54,833 nucleotides of DNA from an uncultured virus (IMG/VR IMGVR_UViG_3300002839_000259) (Duplodnaviria > Heunggongvirae > Uroviricota > Caudoviricetes), in the IMG/VR virus record IMGVR_UViG_3300002839_000259; one strand, written 5' to 3'. Below the pieces are notes generated by a model, which saw only the letters and a program-made list of their open reading frames with translations, was not told the origin of the DNA and made no database searches. This document shows, in pieces, positions 1 to 10,314 of this stretch; positions within the stretch are counted from its first letter, which is position 1; every line of letters begins with the position of its first letter. Position numbers and translations under genes: made by a program.

Positions 1-237
1 CCAAAACCACTAACGATTCTGGCCAAAAAATTAAAACAAAACGGTCTTGATGTTGTGACCTATACTGGCTTTATTTATGAAAGTCTCAAACACATTGGCA
101 CCGATGAGTTAGACTTATTGGCCGTCACCGATGTTCTCATCGACGGTGCATTTGACTATAATAAGCGCGATGCTTCGCTAAAATTCAGAGGCAGCGCCAA
201 TCAGCGAATAATTGATCTACATCACGGTTTGCAATAA
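1..237 (+). CDS. nrdG: anaerobic ribonucleotide reductase activating protein, C-terminal part (runs off window start)
   Basis: Frame open from base 1; motifs YTGF...DVLIDG.F...LKFRGSANQRIID typical of NrdG. Confidence 0.85.
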   Translation, partial: PKPLTILAKKLKQNGLDVVTYTGFIYESLKHIGTDELDLLAVTDVLIDGAFDYNKRDASLKFRGSANQRIIDLHHGLQ

Positions 238-583
238 TCGAAAAATAATCAAATTAAGAAAGTGTGGTGAAGACGTGGTTATATTGGATTTTCTACCAAA
301 AGAAGACGAGACGACGGGTGTGTCTTACCGACTAACGTATGACTGTAAATATTATCATATTGAAAAGCACATCCTTAGCTTTCTCGTTTCGAAAAAGCGA
401 CTGTCTAAAAAAGCTGTCAATGAACAACTGGGCATTGATCTGACCAAAAAAGCACAAAAATGGAACATCAACACCACACGTTATTGCGAAGAAATAATAG
501 CATATGATATTGAAACCGCACGAAAAATAGCAAGTTATCGACACGGAGTTAGGTCCGTCGATGAAATCAGTTTAATTGAATAA
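212..583 (+). CDS. hypothetical protein
   Basis: ORF on the coding strand; start uncertain. Confidence 0.5.
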   Translation: MIYITVCNNRKIIKLRKCGEDVVILDFLPKEDETTGVSYRLTYDCKYYHIEKHILSFLVSKKRLSKKAVNEQLGIDLTKKAQKWNINTTRYCEEIIAYDIETARKIASYRHGVRSVDEISLIE

Positions 584-811
584 AAGAAAGCAAGAAAAAA
601 TGGAAAACGATGCAAGTCTACGCACGAATGCTATATTAACGCCGTTGGTACAATTTGTAAGACTTAATCTAAATAATTTCACAGGCCGGAGTGTTGGTCA
701 GAAAAAGTGTGAAACTTTTTCGAGAGAAGAATAAGAGCCTGAAATGCGGAGTGTTATTTCCAACATTTCAGGCTGATTAATAAAAAATATATAACTAAGG
801 AGAAATAAAAA

Positions 812-1198
812 ATGGCAAATTATTACTGCGGTTGCGAACCGTTGAAGAATACTAAGATGAAAGATGCCAAAGCACATCTCATTCTGATTCAGCAATTAAA
901 AGAACACGAATTACTCAACTGGTTGTTCAACGAAGACAGTCTGAGCACCGAAGGTGAGGTTAACGACGTCGTTTTGATCGAACAGGAAATGATTGATATC
1001 TCACTTAAACTAAAAGACATCTTGATCTGGGTTGACATTTATGCAAGTAATATCGAAATCTGGCGTGACTATTATTTAAACGGCCAAACCCAAATGGTCG
1101 AAGCAACGCTGCCTAATATCAGTTTTCCGGATCCCTCATGGACACCGATTTTGGACGATGTTAAATGGGACGCATCACTTTTACAACAAGTATGTTAG
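812..1198 (+). CDS. hypothetical protein, paralog family A
   Basis: AGGAG RBS; MANYYCG...WVD.Y...WRDYYLNG shared with 5884, 12171, 44959. Confidence 0.8.
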   Translation: MANYYCGCEPLKNTKMKDAKAHLILIQQLKEHELLNWLFNEDSLSTEGEVNDVVLIEQEMIDISLKLKDILIWVDIYASNIEIWRDYYLNGQTQMVEATLPNISFPDPSWTPILDDVKWDASLLQQVC

Positions 1199-1215
1199 TG
1201 AAAAAGAGTGTCGCA

Positions 1216-1461
1216 ATGACATTTGGTAAATTAATTTATGAAAAAAGAATGGCTCAAGGCGTGTCGGCTAACCAGTTGACCAAAACGATGCAGATGCCTA
1301 TGGACTGTTTGATCCACATTGAAAATAGTGACGGTTATATCATCGACAAAGCGGATCTCGACGGTTTTATTGCACGTCTTAGCTTGGATGCAGCAAAAGT
1401 CAATACCGTCGTTAAATCGCTTAATTGCGACAAAATTTTGATATGTGGTATGATTGTATGA
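1216..1461 (+). CDS. XRE-like helix-turn-helix protein
   Basis: MTFGKLIYEKRMAQGVSANQL...IEN resembles the XRE HTH pattern. Confidence 0.5.
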   Translation: MTFGKLIYEKRMAQGVSANQLTKTMQMPMDCLIHIENSDGYIIDKADLDGFIARLSLDAAKVNTVVKSLNCDKILICGMIV

Positions 1462-1626
1462 GATCAGAAAATCTTTGCCAAATTGCGGATGCTTTAATCA
1501 AAAATTTGATATTAAACATATGCTCGAGCCAATCGAAATATCAATCGAACCGTTTGTATTAATCGTATAGCAAAAATCAAGCATGGCCACAACGGTTGTG
1601 CTCTTTTTTTGCTATACGAAATAAGT

Positions 1627-1644
1627 GCAATCATCGATTGCCGA
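1627..1644 (+). promoter_or_regulatory. hairpin-CGG motif, first of 18 copies (others at 7672, 9014, 9637, 10231, 17172, 18098, 23011, 31114, 36111, 39289, 40329, 40763, 41263, 49577, 50269, 50541, 53829); putative phage promoter or operator
   Basis: GCAATC-N3-GATTGC-CG(G/A), often followed about 9 nt later by TTGATAAG; intergenic, usually just after a terminator and before the first RBS of a unit. Confidence 0.7.
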
Positions 1645-1711
1645 TGGTGTTTGTAGTAAATAAAATAAAAATTAAATACAAGAAAATATGCATAAGAAAG
1701 TTGAAATAAAC

Positions 1712-2245
1712 ATGATTTTATCAGACAAAACCATTAATAAATATCTAGCAAGCGGAGAACTGGCAATTACACCATTTGAAGCAAAGAACGTGCAACCGGC
1801 CTCGATTGATATTCGCCTGGGTCGCAACTTCTTAAAAGTAGACGAAAATACAGCAACCTGTATGACCCTCACCGACGAAATAAAATACACACAAATAATC
1901 GCCGATGAGATAATTATTCCGTCACATTCGTTTTTACTGGCGACGACAATGGAATACATCAAATTATCGAACAATTTAACCGCTTTTGTTGAAGGTCGCA
2001 GCTCGATCGGGCGCATGGGCTTGTTTATCCAGAATGCTGGATGGGTGGATCCGGGCTTTGAAGGCGAAATCACATTGGAATTGTATAATGCCGGACGATT
2101 GCCCATCAAACTTGAAGCAGGTCGCCGCATCTGTCAATTAGTCTTCGCTCAAATGGACGAAACAGCCATAAATCCTTATTGTGGCAAATACCAGGGTCAA
2201 CGATCAGCCGTCGGTAGTCGTGTCTTTTTAGATAGCGACAAATAA
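1712..2245 (+). CDS. dcd: dCTP deaminase
   Basis: MILSD...QPASIDIRLG...EGRSSIGRMGL...AGWVDPGFEGEITLEL...ICQLVF...Y.GKYQGQ. Confidence 0.95.
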   Translation: MILSDKTINKYLASGELAITPFEAKNVQPASIDIRLGRNFLKVDENTATCMTLTDEIKYTQIIADEIIIPSHSFLLATTMEYIKLSNNLTAFVEGRSSIGRMGLFIQNAGWVDPGFEGEITLELYNAGRLPIKLEAGRRICQLVFAQMDETAINPYCGKYQGQRSAVGSRVFLDSDK

Positions 2246-2272
2246 TTAAATTAGAAAGTTGAGAAAAAATAA

Positions 2273-2491
2273 ATGAAATGTAATTTTGAAGCTAAAGCCT
2301 GTTATGAGGGCCTAGAGAATCAAGAAAAAGACTGTTGCAACCAGCAAAATTGTTGCGACGAATGTGGTTACGAAGATTGCAGCGAAGGTTGTAGCATTTT
2401 CGAAGAAACAGGGACCTGCGCCAGTTGTGAGTTTGCAATGACAGATGATGTTTTTAGAGAGAATTCTTTATTAAAAATAATTAAACAATAG
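2273..2491 (+). CDS. small Cys-rich protein
   Basis: RBS AGAAAGTTGAG; many Cys residues. Confidence 0.65.
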   Translation: MKCNFEAKACYEGLENQEKDCCNQQNCCDECGYEDCSEGCSIFEETGTCASCEFAMTDDVFRENSLLKIIKQ

Positions 2492-2509
2492 AAAGTGAGA
2501 AAAGCAATA

Positions 2510-3049
2510 ATGGAGAACCCAAACACCGGATTTATGAAACGCTTAAATGGGTTGTGCAAAGAGCGAAACATATCACAAGGCGACGTATCTCGTGGTATTG
2601 GATTGACGCGACAATCAATCAGCCTTTATGCCGCTGGTAAGCGATCGCCAGATATAATAACACTAAATAAATTATGTGATTTTTTCAGTGTGTCTGCTGA
2701 TTATCTGTTGGGACGAACCGACTTTGGTAAACCTGAAAACATAAAATTAGTTGAAACACTGGGATTAACCGATGCAGCTATAGCACAACTTACACACATT
2801 AAATCCATCAATTTCCAAAATATGGAAACCTTATGTGATGAAAGAACTCCGATAGAAGTTCTAAATCAAATGTTAGCATCCACCGAGCTGTTTACCATAC
2901 TCACAGGCATCAAAGCTATAAGCAATGGTCAACAATCCAACGCCGACAATGTATATGAAAATTTCGGATGGAGAATTGCAAAAAAAGACGTGATTCAAAT
3001 GGCCCTAAACGACGTCATGTCACGAATGATAGCAAAAATAGAAAGTTGA
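2510..3049 (+). CDS. XRE/Cro-CI family transcriptional regulator
   Basis: RLNGL...SQGDVSRGIGLTRQSISLY..GKRSP...LCDFFSVSADYLLGRT. Confidence 0.9.
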   Translation: MENPNTGFMKRLNGLCKERNISQGDVSRGIGLTRQSISLYAAGKRSPDIITLNKLCDFFSVSADYLLGRTDFGKPENIKLVETLGLTDAAIAQLTHIKSINFQNMETLCDERTPIEVLNQMLASTELFTILTGIKAISNGQQSNADNVYENFGWRIAKKDVIQMALNDVMSRMIAKIES

Positions 3050-3058
3050 GACACGCAT

Positions 3059-3475
3059 ATGACTAACATGACAGCCGAGCAAGCTTTGTACAACGCTGAA
3101 ATGAAAGCAAGGCAAAAAGCAACGCTTTTAGGGGCAACAAAAGACATTAAATCCGGTGATTTGTTCGCCGGTGAAGGTGGTGTTTTTACAGCGCCCGAAT
3201 TTTTTCAGGTCATTGAAAAAAAGGGTGAATTTGTAAAACTCCAAAAAATAAACCATCAAGAAACAAAGATTCCAACCCGATACGGTATTTGCATCACACC
3301 GCTAAAAAATGACTTTGCACCTGAATCAAAACCCATTCGTCGTAAACTTAAAAACCGTCGAATTGGCAACACATTGATCACAATGAATGATATTTATGTC
3401 GATGTGGTTGGTGAAGGTAGCACAACAGGTTTTAGCAAAATTAGCTGGGATTGCGACCAAATAGCGGAACGATAG
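3059..3475 (+). CDS. hypothetical protein
   Basis: ORF with AGAAAGTTGAG RBS. Confidence 0.7.
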   Translation: MTNMTAEQALYNAEMKARQKATLLGATKDIKSGDLFAGEGGVFTAPEFFQVIEKKGEFVKLQKINHQETKIPTRYGICITPLKNDFAPESKPIRRKLKNRRIGNTLITMNDIYVDVVGEGSTTGFSKISWDCDQIAER

Positions 3476-3504
3476 GTATTCAAAATAGAAAGTTGAGACA
3501 AAAA

Positions 3505-4068
3505 ATGACTGATTTAATAAAAATCTATCCGTTTAATCTGGCATTGCAAATTTTTGGACATACAGACGCCGTACAACGTGTTTATCTGCCAAATATTCCG
3601 GTCATTCTCGAAATATTAACCGATCGTGAGTATGAAATCATCAAACAACGATATGATGAGAAAAAAACATATCAGGAAATTGCTGACTTTCACAAGGTTA
3701 CCAGAACCCGCATTCGCCAAATTCATGACAATGCGTTACTGAAATTAAAAAAACCATTGCAAATGCAATTGATCACAGCCGTTTCTGAAAAAGAATGCAG
3801 CGATCGCATGAGACAAACAAATGAAGGCCTGCCAAACATAGTTAAACTACCAAACACAACAACTACTACTACAATTGATAGCTCAATTGAGCACCTAAAT
3901 TTATCGGCACGATGCTGCCGTAGTTTGCATCGTGCCGATAAAACAACGATTCGAGATCTAACTGGAATAAGCTATGCCGAATTAATTAAAATGCCAAGCA
4001 TAAGTCACATTACGGCTGAAGAAATCAGAACATCATTGGTGAAAGCAGGTTTTGCACTACATGATTAA
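3505..4068 (+). CDS. sigma70 region 4 fused to RNA polymerase alpha C-terminal domain
   Basis: LTDREYEIIKQRY...TYQEIADFHKVTRTRIRQIHDNALLKL (sigma r4) followed by SIEHLNLSARCCRSLHRADKTTIRDL...EL...AEEI (alphaCTD). Confidence 0.8.
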   Translation: MTDLIKIYPFNLALQIFGHTDAVQRVYLPNIPVILEILTDREYEIIKQRYDEKKTYQEIADFHKVTRTRIRQIHDNALLKLKKPLQMQLITAVSEKECSDRMRQTNEGLPNIVKLPNTTTTTTIDSSIEHLNLSARCCRSLHRADKTTIRDLTGISYAELIKMPSISHITAEEIRTSLVKAGFALHD

Positions 4069-4095
4069 AAAACATTAACAGAAAGTTGAGACAAA

Positions 4096-4461
4096 ATGCA
4101 AAAAATAGATACCCGATTTGATAATATCACAGCTATCATCGTTGAACAATTGCAACAACTGCACGCTGACCGTGAAAAAGCTGATGCCACAAAAACAAGC
4201 AATATTTTTGCAAACACTGCGTACCTCAGACTTCAGGCAAAAATAGAACTATTACAAAAGATTCTATTAAATTACAGCAAAACGCTCGACGAAAAAATAT
4301 ATATACATGCATCCTGCTATATCATAACCGAAACAGAATTAAAAGAAAAGTTTGACGAAAACCTTGATGAATTCAAACACCTCAACGGTCCTGATTACGA
4401 TTTTGAGCAATTCATGAGCGACGAATGCGAAACTGGCGACGTGCTGACATTAATCAAATAA
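4096..4461 (+). CDS. hypothetical protein
   Basis: ORF with RBS. Confidence 0.7.
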   Translation: MQKIDTRFDNITAIIVEQLQQLHADREKADATKTSNIFANTAYLRLQAKIELLQKILLNYSKTLDEKIYIHASCYIITETELKEKFDENLDEFKHLNGPDYDFEQFMSDECETGDVLTLIK

Positions 4462-4480
4462 GAAAGTTGGCGCATCAATC

Positions 4481-4684
4481 ATGACAAAATCCATAAAAAA
4501 AGAAAAAGTCCGGTTTAAAAAAAGAATAAACGGCAATGACTTAAGCTTGTACGGCACCGGTCCAGCAATTTTCATCTGTACATACATTATAGGCTTTTCA
4601 GTAAGTCAGAATAGTTTTATTGGTGTAACCATAGCATATGTATTACTTTTGGGATTCTTCTTTTACTGTTACAATCGAAAATAA
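4481..4684 (+). CDS. small membrane protein
   Basis: Two hydrophobic segments. Confidence 0.6.
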   Translation: MTKSIKKEKVRFKKRINGNDLSLYGTGPAIFICTYIIGFSVSQNSFIGVTIAYVLLLGFFFYCYNRK

Positions 4685-4719
4685 TCATAAAACCAATAAA
4701 AGAAAGTGAGAGCTAAAAA

Positions 4720-5028
4720 ATGGCATCATTCGAAATTAGCTTTGTCAATACGAGCAATATTGATGAAGATACAATCAAAGTAACATTAATTGAATTATTA
4801 AAAAACAGCAATCTACTTAATTATGCGACTAATTATGAGTCTGAAAGTATTCGCGGTCCTCGATGGCCCAAAATGTCATCTGACATGAGAGCTATATCAA
4901 GCCAATTGCCGGGTGTTGTCATCACAATCAAAGACAACTTGGGTGGATGTATACTCGTTGAGACAGTTGATGAGATTGTATTTTTAAACGGTAAAAAAAT
5001 TCGACCATCTATTATTGAAGATGATTAG
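4720..5028 (+). CDS. hypothetical protein, distant family A
   Basis: DM..IS.QLP.V.I...FLNGK motif shared with family A. Confidence 0.65.
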   Translation: MASFEISFVNTSNIDEDTIKVTLIELLKNSNLLNYATNYESESIRGPRWPKMSSDMRAISSQLPGVVITIKDNLGGCILVETVDEIVFLNGKKIRPSIIEDD

Positions 5029-5286
5029 ATTTAAAACAAGAAAGTGCTGAATCGTATGCCGAAATCGAGAAGGATATTAAACATCGTATGTTTAATGAAA
5101 TAACAGAAAGTGAGACACAATTATGCCAAAATACAAAATAATGTTTATAAATGATGCCATTCTGCCTGTCAAAAATGATGCCCTGTCCGACGCCGAAATT
5201 GAAAAAAATATAGCCACTGAATTGCCCCGATTTGATCAAAACGGTGAAATTATTGATAAAAATGCAAACTTCCCCTGGAAAAATCG

Positions 5287-5436
5287 ATGAAAAATGTGTT
5301 CTCGACTTGTGTGTCTCAAAATACGTTAGATGAATCACACATGGCGTATAAAAATAAAGATGATATTATTGATCAAATTGGCGACACCGTCAAAATCATT
5401 GACGTGATGAAGCCCCTGTATAATTTTAAAGCGTAA
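5287..5436 (+). pseudogene. rtcB: C-terminal remnant of RtcB RNA ligase, abutting a truncated ORF (5123-5290)
   Basis: MKNVFSTCVSQNTLDESHMAYKNKDDIIDQIGDTVKIIDVMKPLYNFKA* matches the RtcB C-terminus (TLDE.P.AYK...KP.YNFKA). Confidence 0.8.
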
Positions 5437-5466
5437 AAATTTGAAACCAGAAAGTGAGAAAACATT

Positions 5467-5865
5467 ATGACAAGACCAAGTCGAAGCAGCATACCTTTCT
5501 TAAAAATATTTGCCATTACACTCATGATCAGCGTAGTTGCCATTATTGGAATCATATCATATGCGGTGATAGGAGTTAGTATCGGTATTATTCCTATGAG
5601 AATCAATAGCGTTAACGCAACATACACAAATTATGAAAATGATCAAATTATAGAATTCAATCATGATAATATAATAACCGTGTCGCATAATGGCAAAGAC
5701 ATTAAAACACCAATTAAAGATATGGGCAATAACACACTTTTGTTTTCGATCGATAACATTGAGTATCGACTGACACTAATACCCGACTCCAACAATGTTC
5801 AATTAGAAAACACTACAACAAAAGAAACATATGTGCTGACCCGTAGTGGAAATAACAAAAACTAA
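5467..5865 (+). CDS. membrane-anchored hypothetical protein
   Basis: N-terminal hydrophobic helix; RBS. Confidence 0.65.
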   Translation: MTRPSRSSIPFLKIFAITLMISVVAIIGIISYAVIGVSIGIIPMRINSVNATYTNYENDQIIEFNHDNIITVSHNGKDIKTPIKDMGNNTLLFSIDNIEYRLTLIPDSNNVQLENTTTKETYVLTRSGNNKN

Positions 5866-5883
5866 CAGAAAGCGAGAAAATCA

Positions 5884-6222
5884 ATGGCAAACTATTACTG
5901 CGGATTTCGATTATTAAAAAATACAAAAACTGATAAAGCAACTGCACATATACTCTTTGTGCAAGAATTGAGATATCATGGCCTGATTGACTGGCTATTT
6001 GATAAAACAACATTGAACTCAATAGGTGTCAAAGATGATATCGTGCATATTGATGAAGAAATGATTGATATTTCACTGAAACTACCAAACGTGTTACTCT
6101 GGGTTGATACCTATGCCGTCACCGAATCCGTCTGGCGAGATTATTATCTCAATGGCATCAGCTTAAACGTCGACGCGGTTACTATATTTCCGGAACCTGA
6201 AGACTGGTGGTTGGAACAATGA
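5884..6222 (+). CDS. hypothetical protein, paralog family A
   Basis: Close to 812..1198. Confidence 0.8.
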   Translation: MANYYCGFRLLKNTKTDKATAHILFVQELRYHGLIDWLFDKTTLNSIGVKDDIVHIDEEMIDISLKLPNVLLWVDTYAVTESVWRDYYLNGISLNVDAVTIFPEPEDWWLEQ

Positions 6223-6892
6223 TACCTAAACACAAAGGTAAATTAATCGTCATCGAAGGTGTTGACGGCAGCGGCAAACAGACACAGACCGAACTTTTAT
6301 ATGAACGACTGATCAAAGATGGTCAGAAAGTGATGCTCCTGTCGTATCCCAGATATGACAAAGAGTCGTCAGCTATGGTCAAATTATATCTCAGCGGAGC
6401 ATTCGGCGACAATCCCGCGGATGTCAGTCCATATATTGCGTCAACGTTTTACACAGCGGACCGCTATACGTCGTTTAAAGAGGATTATGAGGACTTTTTA
6501 AACGATGGCGGAATCGTATCGCCGATCGCTATACCACGTCTAATATGGTCCATCAGGCCGGTAAAATATATGATTCTGATGAACGTCAGCGATTTCTTGA
6601 CTGGCTGTGGGACTATGAATTTAACATTTTTGGACTGCCGGTCCCGGATCACGTGTTTTTCTTAAATATTCCCCCGGATGTGAATCAAATCCTGATGCAA
6701 GGTCGAGCAAATAAGATCACAGGCGAGGCCAAGCAAGATATTCATGAAAAAAGTTTAACACATTTGCAGGACTCTTATAATAGTGGTATGGAACTGGTCG
6801 AACAATATGGCTGGACCGAAATCAGCTGCATCAGTGATAATAAACTACGATCAATTCAAGATATTAATAACGAAATATTTAACAAAATATAA
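6219..6892 (+). pseudogene. tmk: thymidylate kinase, frameshifted near 6517 (or sequencing error)
   Basis: GKLIVIEGVDGSGKQTQ P-loop; restoring one base in GT_ATC gives GGIVIADRYTTSNMVHQ and joins both ORFs. Confidence 0.88.
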
Positions 6893-7165
6893 TTAAAAAA
6901 GGCGGTCCCTTATATATGATTTAACCAAACAGAAACATATCTACACCATCGGCGACTTGATCAACGCGCTCCAAGAACACACTGATATTCGGGAGCGTCC
7001 CATCAGCATCAACGGCATTGAAGGCAACGATTGTGGCATCGATGGCTTGTTCTTAAACGTTGATATGATCGAGGATGACAGCGACTGCATCGATTGTTTG
7101 ACACTCGATCAATATGAACGAACAGAATCATAATAGCCAAAAAATCCAAGAAAGTGAGAAATAAT

Positions 7166-7450
7166 ATGGCAACATTTAGAATTGAATTCCAAAATATGAG
7201 TCGATTAAAAGATCGCGAAGTTAAACTATTAATAAATGACGCATTAAACACAAAAAACCTCAGCATATGCGAAAACGCTGACCAATTAACCGAAATAACC
7301 AAAAAAGGTGACCCCGAATGGACTACTTGTATTGATGATATGACCGATATTTCAATCAAAATAGCAAAAGTGATATTTTACATCAAAAGTGAACAATTTG
7401 AGTATACCCAATGTTTTCTAAACGGTCGATTTGAAGAAGCAACATATTAA
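7166..7450 (+). CDS. hypothetical protein, distant family A
   Basis: DMTDISIKI.KV.FYI...FLNGR. Confidence 0.65.
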   Translation: MATFRIEFQNMSRLKDREVKLLINDALNTKNLSICENADQLTEITKKGDPEWTTCIDDMTDISIKIAKVIFYIKSEQFEYTQCFLNGRFEEATY

Positions 7451-7744
7451 ATCAAAATGCTGATGATGCCCGAATGGGCTACAAAACGCAAGATATATCA
7501 AATTAATAACAATTGGTATAAACATAAGCTAATTTAATTAAAAACGTGTGAAAAATAATAGAACCATTGAACCACCTACGTGATAAATTGAAATAATTAA
7601 AACCGAGTATCTGGCTAAATAGCTGGGTGCTCTTTTTTTTACTTATTTTGTGTTATGGCAAGACTGAAAGCGCAATTTCCAATTGCCGAAAGAATATTTG
7701 ATAAGAATTAAAACTAAAATATGTAAAATTAGGAGATAAAAATT

Positions 7745-8134
7745 ATGAATACAATAAAAGTAACATACTATGATGGACCAGATGTTGTCATCGAGGATTC
7801 TGTTAAGCGAGATAAACACGATTACATCAAAGGCTATATACAAAACGAACTCGATCTTGAAGAAACAAATGGTATTGACGAAGGTGGTAATGAATCGTCG
7901 CATGATGCATTACTTTTTGCCATTGTCAATGCACAGCTTCGCATGGAAGCCGTTTGCGCTTACGCCGTAAAATTCAACGATATCACACGAAAAGAAGCTG
8001 ATGAATATCTTGAGTCATGCTACAAAATATTCAGTAAACGTGTTGGTGATTCCTGCGATCGAATTGAAGCAAAATATAGAATCGATCACCCGATGCCACC
8101 TGTTTTACCTGTTTCCGAAAATGAACCATTTTAA
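7745..8134 (+). CDS. hypothetical protein, paralog of the C-terminal part of 23534..24082
   Basis: AGGAG RBS; YI..YI.NE...EA.C.YAV shared. Confidence 0.7.
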   Translation: MNTIKVTYYDGPDVVIEDSVKRDKHDYIKGYIQNELDLEETNGIDEGGNESSHDALLFAIVNAQLRMEAVCAYAVKFNDITRKEADEYLESCYKIFSKRVGDSCDRIEAKYRIDHPMPPVLPVSENEPF

Positions 8135-8580
8135 TTTAAAAATCAGGGAAGCGACCGACGCCGCACACATGAAAGGTTTGCCATGAAAATTGAAAAAAAT
8201 ACATTTTTAGACCATCTGGAACTCCTCAACATCACACCTGTTAGATTTTTGGTTTGGTTTAGTTTAGGTTATGTCACAGCATTTGTTTTCAATATTTTTA
8301 CAACAATTAATTAAATAATAAAATAATGCTTTTTACCAGGGCGTGTTCATCCCCCTGGGCGCTAATATCTAAATCATATAATTAAAGCAGAACGTTAATA
8401 TAATGGTCTGCTTTTTTTGAATTAAAATTTAAAAATCAAGGAGCAAGAACATGATAACCGTGAGTATTGTCGTCGGTATCCGAGTGCTGTTATGCGTATT
8501 GAAATCCAAGAAAAAAAAACATACAAATGATCAATCTTGTTTGAATTAAAAAAAATCAAAACAGAAAGCGAGAAAACATT

Positions 8581-8913
8581 ATGGCAAATAACCCAATTTT
8601 AATGACAAAAGTAAAAAACACGATCAATAAGCAAAAACCAGGTATGAATTTTTATTTAAGAAATATCAGCATCAACGGCGTCAAAAAAGGCTGTTCCGGC
8701 TTTGTTGAAAATCCCGCCAACGGTTCAATCGTCTATCTAACAACCGAAGAAAATACAATTGGACCAAACAGTCATATGTACCGCTATGCTGATCATGTCA
8801 AAGATTACAGTGGCTATTGCAACCGCTGGGCGAAAGGTTATGATGCATTGGTCGTGAGCGTCTGCCAACTACTTGATCAGCTCCCGGCCGATGTCAATGA
8901 TTTTCGAATTTAA
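8581..8913 (+). CDS. hypothetical protein
   Basis: ORF with RBS. Confidence 0.7.
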   Translation: MANNPILMTKVKNTINKQKPGMNFYLRNISINGVKKGCSGFVENPANGSIVYLTTEENTIGPNSHMYRYADHVKDYSGYCNRWAKGYDALVVSVCQLLDQLPADVNDFRI

Positions 8914-9072
8914 AAAAAAACGGTCCAAAAAAGTGTGAATAGCATTAAAACCGAGTACATGGCATAATTAGCTGTGTGCTCTTTTTTATATAAGTGATAT
9001 AATTAATAAGCAAGCAATCTTCGATTGCCTAGAACATGTTTGATAAGAATTAATAAAAATAAGGGAGATAAA

Positions 9073-9318
9073 ATGCAAAATAAAGATAAACAAATTATGC
9101 CAGCCTATCTATTGACCTATAAATTTCACTCACACACAATCAACACCATTGATAAAGAAATACAGGATCGATGCCGGACGTTTGAAACCTTCGAAGAACT
9201 GTTGACTACGTATCAGCAAAAGAAGAATGCCCGATTATGGGAAACTAACACCGATTTCAAGGTCTTTAAATTAATGGCAACTGAAATGGATATCGACATG
9301 CTTGATGTCTTACTATAA
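9073..9318 (+). CDS. hypothetical protein
   Basis: GGGAG RBS after hairpin-CGG motif. Confidence 0.65.
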   Translation: MQNKDKQIMPAYLLTYKFHSHTINTIDKEIQDRCRTFETFEELLTTYQQKKNARLWETNTDFKVFKLMATEMDIDMLDVLL

Positions 9319-9354
9319 TCTAAAATATAAATTAAAAAGAAAGTGAGAACAATT

Positions 9355-9564
9355 ATGGAACAAGTGATAATCACAATTGATACACTCAACGATGCTTTTG
9401 GTGACGACGCCGAAAGCAAAAGACTTGAATTGGCCCGCATCCTGCGAAAAATGGCAAACAGTCTTGAAACAGGCGTCGAACCGACACATTTGAGTGATCT
9501 TAATGGCAATGTTGTCGGTCTGGTCAGCTATGTTTTTCCGGAAGAACACGAATCTGATAAATAG
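9355..9564 (+). CDS. hypothetical protein, paralog family B
   Basis: ITIDT.N.AFG...EL.RIL...G..PT.L.D.N.NVVGLVSY shared with 35071 and 54330. Confidence 0.8.
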   Translation: MEQVIITIDTLNDAFGDDAESKRLELARILRKMANSLETGVEPTHLSDLNGNVVGLVSYVFPEEHESDK

Positions 9565-9713
9565 CATTAAAATCGAGTGCCTGGCTAATCAGCCATGGTG
9601 CTCTTTTTTTATATAAATAAGATGATTAACAAGCATGCAATTTTCAATTGCCGGAAGAATGTTTGGAAAGCAAGTTCTAAAAATATAATTAAAAATAGAA
9701 AGCGGTGACTGAA

Positions 9714-9896
9714 ATGGCTAAGTATCGAGAAGTCCCTTGTATAAATTATATCTGTCACGGTCAATGTAAATTAAAAAAGAAAGATGCAGTGCAGTCTGGA
9801 AGATGTCAAATTTGTTCTAAGTATCAACCGAGAGCCAAAGTTCATTTGATAAATAGAAAGAAGCAATATAATCAAACTGCCAGAAAAATGGATTAA
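9714..9896 (+). CDS. small Cys-containing basic protein
   Basis: RBS; PCINYICHGQC...CQIC. Confidence 0.6.
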   Translation: MAKYREVPCINYICHGQCKLKKKDAVQSGRCQICSKYQPRAKVHLINRKKQYNQTARKMD

Positions 9897-10314
9897 TACA
9901 AGAAAGTGAGCACAATCATGAAACAACCAAAACAATTAATCTTAAACGAGGATCAGGTGTTTTTATTGACAGGCACAAGTGAACCTGAGTGGCGTGCATT
10001 CGAAAAATGGATCGACGATTGTGCTTTTTCAGGAAACATTGGCTGCACCTCATAGGAAATCAGCCAGGGTAATGCCGTCCACATGATTGATGCGACGTGC
10101 ACGTGAAGCCATCTGTAAAAATATTGTAAAAATCATTTCCAATATTCAGATTATTGATCAGCAGTAATATCAAAGAGAATGTGTAGCTTAAAAAGCTTTG
10201 CATTCTCTTTTTTTTTTATGCAAAAAACCAGCAATCGACGATTGCCGGGGCGTTATCTGATCATTAAATTATAAAAAATTAATAAAATATAAAACAAGAA
10301 AGTGAGATTAAATA

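Noticed and set aside
736..774. 11-bp inverted repeat AGCCTGAAATG/CATTTCAGGCT upstream of the 812 gene
   Set aside because: Single copy with no U-tract or recognisable family; no function can be supported
1712..2245. dCTP deaminase as a sign of a uracil-containing genome
   Set aside because: The same element encodes uracil-DNA glycosylase and a thymidylate kinase, which fits ordinary dTTP supply
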